DNA of 64,000 bases. Origin: Eubacteriales bacterium. GTDB lineage: Bacteria > Bacillota > Clostridia > Oscillospirales > CAG-382. A model generated the notes under the pieces. That model saw only the letters and a list, made by a program, of their open reading frames with translations. It searched no databases and was not told where the DNA came from. The translations under genes and the position numbers were made by a program. This document shows, piece after piece, positions 38,724-46,023 of this stretch. The DNA lies in contig JAZNZY010000021.1 of the NCBI GenBank assembly GCA_045595165.1, forward strand, positions 51,382 through 115,381, written 5' to 3'. Every line of letters starts with the position of its first letter. Positions within the stretch are counted from its first letter, which is position 1.

Positions 38724-39779
38724 ATGAAAATAGCAATTATCGGCTGCGGTACTATCGCAAACAGCGCACACATCCCCTCTTATATGAACAATCCCGAAGC
38801 AGAGATCGTTTATTTCTGTGATATCCTGCTTCACAAAGCAGAAGCTTGCGTAGCTAAATACGGCTGCGGTAAAGCTGTTGAAGATTACAAAGAAGTTCTT
38901 GCCGATCCCGAGATCGAGGCAGTTTCTATCTGCACTCCCAACAGAGAGCACTCCAAAATAGCTATTGACGCTCTCCACGCAGGCAAGCACGTTCTGTGCG
39001 AAAAGCCCGCTGCAAGAACTTATGCAGAAGCTCTTGAGATGCAGAAGGCACAGCACGAAACCGGTAAGGTTCTCAATATCGGCGTTGTTAACCGCTTTAA
39101 CTCCGCTGTAAATAAAGTTCGTGAGCTTATCCAGCGCGGCGATCTGGGCGAAGTTTACCACGTATACGTAAGCTTCCGTTCTCACCGTTCTATCCCCGGC
39201 TTGGGCGGCGCATTCACCACCAAGGCTATCTCCGGCGGCGGCGTACTTATCGACTGGGGCGTACATTATCTTGATATCGTTATGTACTGCACCGGCGACC
39301 CCACTCCCAAGACAGTTACCTGTAACGCATACTCCAAGCTGGGCGTAGATATGCCCAACTACGTATACGAAGGCATGTGGGCTGAGGACACCAAGGACAT
39401 TAACGGTACTTATGACGTTGACGATATGGTTTCCGGCTTCGTTCGTACCTCCGGTCCTTCCATCTCCTTCAACGGCGCATGGGCACAGAATATCGGCGTT
39501 GGCGAAAGCTACATCGATTTCATCGGCACCAAGGCAGGTATCCGTCTTAACTACGGCGGCGATTTCACCGTATACACCACCTCCTGCGGCTCTCTCTGCT
39601 CCTTCAAGCCCAAGTACAAGGATGAGCCTCACTTCCAGAAGGAGATCGACCGCTTTATCGAGTGTATCCACACCGGCGAAAAGCTTCCTTCTCATATCGA
39701 TACCGTCGCTGTTACTGCAAAGATGATGCAGGCTATGTACGATTCTTCCGAACTCGGTAAGGAAATCGTTCTCGACTAA
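38724..39779 (+). CDS. Gfo/Idh/MocA family oxidoreductase
   Basis: MKIAIIGCGTIANSAHIPSY, EKPAA motif. Paralogous to 35698..36774. Confidence 0.85.
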   Translation: MKIAIIGCGTIANSAHIPSYMNNPEAEIVYFCDILLHKAEACVAKYGCGKAVEDYKEVLADPEIEAVSICTPNREHSKIAIDALHAGKHVLCEKPAARTYAEALEMQKAQHETGKVLNIGVVNRFNSAVNKVRELIQRGDLGEVYHVYVSFRSHRSIPGLGGAFTTKAISGGGVLIDWGVHYLDIVMYCTGDPTPKTVTCNAYSKLGVDMPNYVYEGMWAEDTKDINGTYDVDDMVSGFVRTSGPSISFNGAWAQNIGVGESYIDFIGTKAGIRLNYGGDFTVYTTSCGSLCSFKPKYKDEPHFQKEIDRFIECIHTGEKLPSHIDTVAVTAKMMQAMYDSSELGKEIVLD

Positions 39780-39796
39780 TTGGAGCTGTCTAAAAG

Positions 39797-39833
39797 ATCA
39801 CCCCAAAAACGCAAGACGTTTTCGGGGACCCCG
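39797..39833 (+). repeat. Rep-C copy
   Basis: atcaccccaaaaacgcaagacgttttcggggaccccg, 18 nt after the stop codon. Confidence 0.8.
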
Positions 39834-39842
39834 ATCAACTTT

Positions 39843-40212
39843 GCAGATCGAAAAACGCGACAGATGAAATAACGGTTTTCGTTCACCCGTAGGGACAGAC
39901 GTCCCGGCTGTCCGTATCAAAATAAAAATGTAGGAATCCGTTTTTTAACGGATTCCTTCTTTATTTTTTATCGCGTTTTTCTATAAATTTTTACTTCGCT
40001 AGCTGTAGATCACTACAGCACGCTCGTAAAAATTCATTCTGCTTTGTTTATACAGCTCCCCGCTTCAGTTGACTCTCGCTGCTACAGACATTGCGTTTCG
40101 AAAATGATTGTACGGTTTTTTGCCCCGCAAAAAACTTCCGAAATTCATCATTCCTCATTGCGGGGTCCCCAAAAATCCGCAGGATTTTAGGGTGCTTACT
40201 CATTCTTCATTG
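39843..40212 (+). repeat. Rep-A copy 4 (with a nested Rep-C at 40161-40194)
   Basis: Modules in order: tttgcagatcgaaaaacgc; taggaatccg..cggattcct plus T-run; gcgtttttct; tttttac..gtaaaaa hairpin; attcattctgctttgtttatacagc; ttttttgccccgcaaaaaa; cttccgaaattcatcattcctcatt; [Rep-C]; cttactcattcttcatt. Confidence 0.8.
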
Positions 40213-40219
40213 TAAACTC

Positions 40220-40248
40220 TTGACATTGTTGCACACTTTTAGTATAAT
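40220..40248 (+). promoter_or_regulatory. consensus sigma-A promoter (TTGACA-17-TATAAT)
   Basis: ttgaca at 40220-40225, tataat at 40243-40248. Confidence 0.7.
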
Positions 40249-40288
40249 AATACACGGTTATTTACTATAATAAAAAGGAGTTTTACAA

Positions 40289-41164
40289 ATGGCAAAGTTA
40301 TTTAATCAAGGTGTTGCTTTTACGCCGCGCCAGAATTATGAGCGCAAATACAATGCGTCCAGAGCAAATCTGTTGCTTGTGGTTATCGCCACGGCGATAA
40401 ATATGTTTCTGATCGTAAGCGGATCTGATACATACTTCCTTTTTTCCGCATTTATTCCCTATTTTTTAACGACTATAGGAATGGTCCGGTGCGGACTTTT
40501 GCCTCCCGAATATTATGAATATCCCATGGAGGATTATATCTTTTACGATAAATCTCTGTTTGTAGCCCTGCTCATATTTGCGATAATACTTACATCGTTA
40601 TATTTGCTTGCCTGGTTTATGTCAAAGAAAAACCGTGTGGGCTGGCTTATTTTCGCCCTTGTTTTCTTTGGGCTGGACACCGTGGGAATGTTGATATTTA
40701 ACGGCATTGCCGCTGACGGTATAATAGACATCGTGTTCCACGCTTGGGTTATATACTATCTCGTTATGGGTATTATTGCCCACCGCAAACTGAAATATAT
40801 GCCCGAGGAAGCACCTGTTACGGGATTTGAAGCCGTATCCGCCGAAACCGCAGAAGCTCCCGAAGCTGCAGCCGAGCCCGCGCAGAATTCCTCCGTATTA
40901 AGAACAGCCGATAAGGACGTAAAGCACAAGATTTTGCTCCAGAAGCGTATGTTTAATATGGATATTTGCTACCGCAGAGTAAAGCGAGTAAACGAGCTTG
41001 TTATAAACGGCAACGTGTACGATGAATACGAAGCGTTGGCAGAACAGCCTCACACACTGGAAGCCCGTGTTGACGGACATTATATTGTTGCCGCCTATAC
41101 CGGAACACACAGTGTTATTTCGGTTGACGGTCAGCAGGTGGCAAAGAAATTAAGACTTATTTAA
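40289..41164 (+). CDS. hypothetical membrane protein (about 5 TM plus a C-terminal soluble domain)
   Basis: Good RBS (aaaggag). Hydrophobic segments run through about residue 160. No family recognised. Confidence 0.65.
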   Translation: MAKLFNQGVAFTPRQNYERKYNASRANLLLVVIATAINMFLIVSGSDTYFLFSAFIPYFLTTIGMVRCGLLPPEYYEYPMEDYIFYDKSLFVALLIFAIILTSLYLLAWFMSKKNRVGWLIFALVFFGLDTVGMLIFNGIAADGIIDIVFHAWVIYYLVMGIIAHRKLKYMPEEAPVTGFEAVSAETAEAPEAAAEPAQNSSVLRTADKDVKHKILLQKRMFNMDICYRRVKRVNELVINGNVYDEYEALAEQPHTLEARVDGHYIVAAYTGTHSVISVDGQQVAKKLRLI

Positions 41165-41196
41165 GTTGGAAAAATTATTCCCGAGGTATTACAATA

Positions 41197-41715
41197 ATGA
41201 AAAAAGCACTTGTATTATCATTAATTTTATGTGTTATCTTATCCGCGGCGGGATGCTCTTTGCTTAACCCCGCGCCCAAGGATTTTGAAGTGGCGGATTA
41301 TAATATGGTTATAACCGCAGACGAAGGATTTACAGAGGACACCGGCGGCGAATGGAGCCTGCAAATAACCAATTACAAAACCTATATCAGCGTAATGCCC
41401 TTTACCTACGAAGAGTTGGGCGATATAACTCCCGAGGAGATATATTCTCTGCAAAACGAGGATATTTTCACCCGCAGAGAGGACACCGAGGTTCTGGAAG
41501 AGGAAACCAAGAAAACGCAAAACGGCAAGACCATTATCCGCACTGTCTTTTCCGCCGTGCTGGACGGGGATGAAAACTACTACGTATGTTATCTGGTAGA
41601 TATTCCCGAAAGCGAGCTTTGCGCTTGGGTGTTGGTTACCACCCTGCCCGAATATTATGATTCCATCAAGGAAAACTCGGACACCATAGTAGCAAGTCTT
41701 GCTGTAAAAGAATAG
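41197..41715 (+). CDS. hypothetical lipoprotein
   Basis: Lipobox LSAAGC. 172 aa. No family recognised. Confidence 0.65.
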   Translation: MKKALVLSLILCVILSAAGCSLLNPAPKDFEVADYNMVITADEGFTEDTGGEWSLQITNYKTYISVMPFTYEELGDITPEEIYSLQNEDIFTRREDTEVLEEETKKTQNGKTIIRTVFSAVLDGDENYYVCYLVDIPESELCAWVLVTTLPEYYDSIKENSDTIVASLAVKE

Positions 41716-41726
41716 ACATATAAAGA

Positions 41727-41759
41727 AGGAATCCGTTTTTGCGGATTCCTTAATTTTTT
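41727..41759 (+). terminator. rho-independent terminator
   Basis: aggaatccg-tttttg-cggattcct followed by a T-rich tract. Same aggaat stem type as the Rep-A hairpins. Confidence 0.7.
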
Positions 41760-41847
41760 ATTATACAGACGGCAGTGACCTGCGAACAGCTTGCGGGACG
41801 ATGGGGACATCGTCCCCTACGGTTATCAAACAGCCGTTAAATAAATT

Positions 41848-41909
41848 TGTTTTTTGCTTCACGCAAAAAATTACCGAAGTTCATAGTTCATAGTTCATCG
41901 TTCATAGTT
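41848..41909 (+). repeat. Rep-B half element (A/T-clamped hairpin plus GTTCATA heptad arm)
   Basis: ttttttgcttcacgcaaaaaa-ttaccgaag-ttcatagttcatagttcatcgttcatagtt. Confidence 0.75.
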
Positions 41910-41942
41910 AAAAAATCCGCAGATTTACTCTGCGGATTTTTT
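41910..41942. terminator. bidirectional terminator (serves the DUF1667 operon on the minus strand)
   Basis: aaaaaatccgcag-atttact-ctgcggatttttt. Confidence 0.8.
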
Positions 41943-42284
41943 CTATACGTTTCTCGTTGCGATAACGTCAATACCCGTATCGCAGACGTTGGGGATAACC
42001 ACGTCCCCTATTTTTACGGGGGCAACCAAGGTAACCTCTCTTATTGCCGCCATGATATCAAACATTTTGCCCTTGGGCACAGCGCCCTTGGTACGGACGG
42101 GACATCTGCATAGATCGCCCTTTTCCACCTTTACGGTAGATGTGATAACACGGGTGGGCGAGGTAAGCTCGGTTTTGCCGTACGCCGCGCCTCTGGGACA
42201 GTTGTTGCCCGTAACCTCAAAGGTTTTTTCATCCACGGTAAGACGGCATCCCTTGGGACACACGATACATACTATATTTGCCAT
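41943..42284 (-). CDS. DUF1667 domain protein
   Basis: Start moved to MANIVCIVCPKGCRLTVDE... with a GGAGGAGG RBS. Cys-rich N-terminus is typical of DUF1667. The upstream extension is rejected. Confidence 0.8.
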   Translation of the reverse strand: MANIVCIVCPKGCRLTVDEKTFEVTGNNCPRGAAYGKTELTSPTRVITSTVKVEKGDLCRCPVRTKGAVPKGKMFDIMAAIREVTLVAPVKIGDVVIPNVCDTGIDVIATRNV

Positions 42285-42285
42285 T

Positions 42286-43527
42286 TTACTCTGCCTCCTC
42301 CACCGAAACGGTGAGCTTTTCCGCATCTCCCACAAGGGAAACGGGGATAATTATATGCTCCATCTCACCGGGGGCGAGATGCTCTCTTTTGAAAGAAGCC
42401 ACCGTTTTTTCGCCGTTTTTTACGGTAATGCATTTGTTGCTGTATACATTTCTCACGCGGAAGAACAGGTCCGCTTTTTTATCGCAATTTTCCGGTCTGA
42501 TATACTGGGGAACGGTATAGGAAACGCCTTCGCCGTTTTCAACGGTGATAACTCTGCCCGCAGCCTTGGAACCCAAAGCGTATTTTGCGGCGGCTGCGCC
42601 TGCCCGCTCGCTCTCCGCAGAAACGTAATCCACCAGATCGTGAACGTGAACCACGTTACCGCAAGCGAAAATGCCTTCGGAAAGTGTTTCCATATTTTCG
42701 TAAACGTAGGCGCCGTTGGTACGGCGGTCGATGGGGATTCCCGCGCCGCGGGTAAGCTCGTTTTCGGGGATAAGACCTACGGAAAGCAGAACCGTATCGC
42801 ACTCGATATCAAACTCCGTACCCGCTATAGGCTTGCGGTCAGGTCCCACCTTGGCGATAGTTACACCCTCTACACGGTTTTTGCCGTGGATGCGGGTGAT
42901 GGTGTGGGAAAGATAAAGAGGAATATCGAAATCGTTAAGACACTGCACGATATTTCTGGTAAGTCCGCCGGAATAAGGCATCAATTCCACGCAAGCGTGA
43001 ACCTTTGCTCCTTCAAGTGTCATACGGCGCGCCATAATAAGACCTATATCGCCCGAACCGAGAATTACGGCGTTTTTGCCCACCATATATCCTTCGATAT
43101 TAAGGTATCTCTGCGCCGCGCCTGCGGTATAGACGCCCGCAGGTCTGTCGCCGGGAATGGATATTGCGCCTCTGGTACGCTCTCTGCATCCCATTGCGAG
43201 AACGATTGCCTTTGCTTTAAGCTCGATATAGCCCTGCTCACGACTGACAGCACGCACGATACGGTCAGAAGTGACCTCAAGGACCATAGTGTCCGTCAAA
43301 ACTTCGATATTTTCAAGGTTTTCGGCGAAGCGGGAAGCGTACTCGGGGCCGGAAAGCTCCTCGCCAAAGCGGTGGAGTCCGAATCCGTTGTGTATGCACT
43401 GGTTGAGTATTCCGCCAAGGCAGGTGTCGCGCTCGATAACAAGAACGTCCGATGCGCCGTTATCTCTGGCGCTTATAGCCGCCGCAAGACCTGCGGGGCC
43501 GCCGCCGATAACTATAACATCTCTCAT
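42286..43527 (-). CDS. NAD(P)/FAD-dependent (pyridine nucleotide-disulfide type) oxidoreductase
   Basis: Start moved to MRDVIVIGGGPAGLAAA (ATGA overlap with the upstream stop). A second dinucleotide fold, VILGSGDIGLIMA, is present. The 77-codon extension in the ORF track overlaps the upstream gene. Confidence 0.85.
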   Translation of the reverse strand: MRDVIVIGGGPAGLAAAISARDNGASDVLVIERDTCLGGILNQCIHNGFGLHRFGEELSGPEYASRFAENLENIEVLTDTMVLEVTSDRIVRAVSREQGYIELKAKAIVLAMGCRERTRGAISIPGDRPAGVYTAGAAQRYLNIEGYMVGKNAVILGSGDIGLIMARRMTLEGAKVHACVELMPYSGGLTRNIVQCLNDFDIPLYLSHTITRIHGKNRVEGVTIAKVGPDRKPIAGTEFDIECDTVLLSVGLIPENELTRGAGIPIDRRTNGAYVYENMETLSEGIFACGNVVHVHDLVDYVSAESERAGAAAAKYALGSKAAGRVITVENGEGVSYTVPQYIRPENCDKKADLFFRVRNVYSNKCITVKNGEKTVASFKREHLAPGEMEHIIIPVSLVGDAEKLTVSVEEAE

Positions 43528-44933
43528 AACGCACCTCCCGAAAGCACGTAACTGCCCTCTTTGTCCTTTAATATCTTTTCCTTGGGGATACCTGTGTGTT
43601 TGTGAATAATATCCAGAACTCTGGGTGCGCAGAAACCGCCCTGACATCTGCCCATACCCGCGTTGCAACGGCGCTTCACGCCATCGATACTGACAGGGGG
43701 AATGGGGGTTTTGAAGGTGGCGTTTATCTCGCCCTCGGTTATGGTTTCGCAACGGCAAATAACTCTGCCGTAGGCGGGGTCTTTTTTAATGAGCGCGTTC
43801 TTTTCTTCCGCGTTAAGCTCCTTGAAGCGGATAACGGAACGAGAATCTATATGGGAACCCTTTTTGTTCAAGGTAAGTCCTGCTTCACCCAACAGCTCGC
43901 ACACGTACTCTGCGATAGCGGGGGCAGAGGCAAGACCGGGGGATTTTATTCCTGCAAGAGAAAGGAAGCAGGGTGAAACAAAACGTATGATAAAATCTTC
44001 GTTATTTGTATTTGCGCGCATACCTGCGAAATTTCGTATATTGGTGGAAAGATTGAGGGTAGGCACGCTTTTGTAAGCGGCGTTGCGGACGAAATCCAGT
44101 CCCTGCGCCGTGGTGGAAATATCGGTTTTATCCGAAGTTCCCTCCGCATTGGGGCCCACGATAATATTTCCGTGAACGGTGGGAGAGATAAGCACGCCCT
44201 TGCCGTTTTTATTGGGGCATTGGAACACCACGGTGTTTACGATACCGAAAGCGGTCTTATCCAGCAGGAAATATTCACCGCGGTTGGGCTTAAGAACGTA
44301 ATCAGGCTCACGCACGTAGCCTTCTACCTCGGCGCAGTTTACGCCTGCCGCCGCAACGATGAATTTTGCCTTGTACTCGCCTTTTTCGGTAATTACGGTG
44401 TTTTCCTTTATATCCGTAACCGCTTCGCTTAAATGCAGTTCAAGCCCGTTTACTACTGCGGTTTCCGCAAAAGCGAGGGCATATTCCCAAGGGGAGATAA
44501 CTCCCGCCGTGGGAGCGTAAAGGGCAGAGGTCGCCTCATCGGATATATTGGGCTCCAGGGCTTTCAGTTCATCACGATCGAGTATTCTCAAGCCGGGAAC
44601 TCCGTTTTCCACACCGCGGGCATATAACTCTTTTACGGTTTTGTCGTCCTCTTCGCCAAAGGCGCAAACGACAGATCCCGTTTCCTTAAAGGGAACGTCC
44701 AGCTTTTTGCAAATCTCGTGGGCAAGCTCGTTTCCCCGCACGTTAAGACGGGCGGTAAGTGAGCCGGGCACGGGATCGTACCCTGCGTGGATTATTGCGG
44801 AATTTGCTTTTGTGGTGCCCGTAGCGATATCATTTTCTTTCTCGAACAGCGCCACGCGAAGATTATATTTTGTAAGTTCATACGCCGCGGCTGATCCGAT
44901 AACACCGCCGCCGATAATTATAACGTCAAACAT
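43524..44933 (-). CDS. FAD-dependent oxidoreductase, GlpA/GlpD-like, with a BFD-like [2Fe-2S] domain
   Basis: MFDVIIIGGGVIGSAAAYEL. C-terminal ICRCETITEGEI plus CQGGFC. Confidence 0.85.
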   Translation of the reverse strand: MFDVIIIGGGVIGSAAAYELTKYNLRVALFEKENDIATGTTKANSAIIHAGYDPVPGSLTARLNVRGNELAHEICKKLDVPFKETGSVVCAFGEEDDKTVKELYARGVENGVPGLRILDRDELKALEPNISDEATSALYAPTAGVISPWEYALAFAETAVVNGLELHLSEAVTDIKENTVITEKGEYKAKFIVAAAGVNCAEVEGYVREPDYVLKPNRGEYFLLDKTAFGIVNTVVFQCPNKNGKGVLISPTVHGNIIVGPNAEGTSDKTDISTTAQGLDFVRNAAYKSVPTLNLSTNIRNFAGMRANTNNEDFIIRFVSPCFLSLAGIKSPGLASAPAIAEYVCELLGEAGLTLNKKGSHIDSRSVIRFKELNAEEKNALIKKDPAYGRVICRCETITEGEINATFKTPIPPVSIDGVKRRCNAGMGRCQGGFCAPRVLDIIHKHTGIPKEKILKDKEGSYVLSGGAL

Positions 44934-44950
44934 TTTAATCCCCCAAGAAC

Positions 44951-44975
44951 AAAAAAGTCCGTTTTCGGACTTTTT
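44951..44975 (-). terminator. terminator hairpin of the 261-aa surface protein gene, 12-17 nt upstream of the glpA-like RBS
   Basis: Minus strand reads aaaaagtccg-aaaa-cggactttttt. Confidence 0.7.
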
Positions 44976-45018
44976 GCTCTATGTTAAATTATTATTCTTC
45001 CATTGTTGGGTATTATTT

Positions 45019-45097
45019 CGGGGACCCCGAAAAAGCGTTTTTAACAGAACACATACGTCCGTTACGCATTACACACCTAAAAACCTTTTTTGGGGTG
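45019..45097 (-). repeat. Rep-C-like copy with an expanded centre
   Basis: cggggaccccgaaaaagcgttttt...ttttttggggtg. Confidence 0.55.
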
Positions 45098-45099
45098 TT

Positions 45100-45885
45100 T
45101 TATTTCTTCTTTTTAATAACAACTACTACCACTACAACTGCGATAACAACTGCTGCGATAACGATACCGATGATAAGACCGGTGTTGCCGCCTTCTTCTT
45201 TATCGGAAGGTTCTTCGGAATTGCCTACTGCGGGAACGGAGGTGTCTTCTTCGGACTCTTCCTTGGAGGGCTCTTCGGAGGGTTCTTCGGAAGGCTCTTC
45301 GGAGGGCTCTTCGGAGGATTCTTCGGGAACTTCCTCGGGAACGTAGTTGGGATCAAGCTCAAAGGTGTTAAAGGTGAGCACTGCACCGTCGCAAGTGAAA
45401 ACAGTGAACTGGGTGATCTCTACGTAGCCGTCTGCGTTTACGCCCACAAGCTCTGCAAGCTGTTCAAAAGAAACAGCGCCCTTGTAGGAACCGGAAAGAA
45501 GGTCGCCGGTGCCGCTTTCGATATTATCGCCCATAAACTTGTGAATGTAGTTGTCGCCGCCGTTAATACGGATGCTGGTCTTACCAATGTCAAAGGAAAG
45601 GTCGTATACAAGGTAGGTGCCTTCGCCAACAAGGATAGGCGCGGGAAGAACTGCGTCTGCCCAAGGCCAGGTTCCTGCTGCAGAGCCGGATACAACGGTA
45701 ACGCCTTCGGTTGTTTCAATGGTAATTTCCGTTCCGTTAACGGGGGTATTTACCCAAAGATCTTTGCAGTTATCGAAGATATCATACTTTTCTTCAATAA
45801 CAACGGGCTCGTCTGCGGAAACGGGAATTGCGAAAAATGCGCAAACGAGAGAAACAATAATAAGTACGCTTAAAAGCTTTTTCAT
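45100..45885 (-). CDS. secreted surface protein, acidic PSEE linker, C-terminal TM anchor
   Basis: Signal peptide MKKLLSVLIIVSLVCAFFAIPVSA. (EEPS)n linker. Tail VPAVGNSEEPSDKEEGGNTGLIIGIV...KKKK. Confidence 0.8.
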   Translation of the reverse strand: MKKLLSVLIIVSLVCAFFAIPVSADEPVVIEEKYDIFDNCKDLWVNTPVNGTEITIETTEGVTVVSGSAAGTWPWADAVLPAPILVGEGTYLVYDLSFDIGKTSIRINGGDNYIHKFMGDNIESGTGDLLSGSYKGAVSFEQLAELVGVNADGYVEITQFTVFTCDGAVLTFNTFELDPNYVPEEVPEESSEEPSEEPSEEPSEEPSKEESEEDTSVPAVGNSEEPSDKEEGGNTGLIIGIVIAAVVIAVVVVVVVIKKKK

Positions 45886-45923
45886 GGTTTTTACTCCTTT
45901 AAAGTGGTTTTTTCAGTACTGCA

Positions 45924-45952
45924 ATTATACAATATCCCTTTCGGAAAGTCAA
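45924..45952 (-). promoter_or_regulatory. sigma-A promoter (TTGACT-17-TATAAT)
   Basis: Minus strand has ttgact (45952-45947), a 17-nt spacer and tataat (45929-45924). Confidence 0.7.
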
Positions 45953-45964
45953 CAATATTAAAAA

Positions 45965-45996
45965 TAAAAATGCCCGATATTTCACGGGCATTTTTG
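45965..45996 (-). terminator. rho-independent terminator of the 434-aa surface protein gene
   Basis: atgcccg-tgaaatat-cgggcat plus a T-run on the minus strand. Confidence 0.8.
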
Positions 45997-46023
45997 TGCT
46001 AAATATAAAATATCAATTATCGA

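Noticed and set aside
41989-43551. A 520-aa ORF on the + strand, antisense to the DUF1667 and oxidoreductase genes.
   Set aside because: It is a shadow ORF. The sense-strand proteins carry clear FAD/NAD motifs (GGGPAG, GSGDIG), while the antisense product is low-complexity with no RBS or recognisable motif.
43528-43758. A 77-codon N-terminal extension of ORF 42286..43758 (MPLRNHNRGRDKRHLQ...).
   Set aside because: It overlaps the 3' end of the upstream GlpA-like gene. The Rossmann motif MRDVIVIGGGPAG begins at the ATG at 43527, which forms an ATGA junction with the upstream stop.
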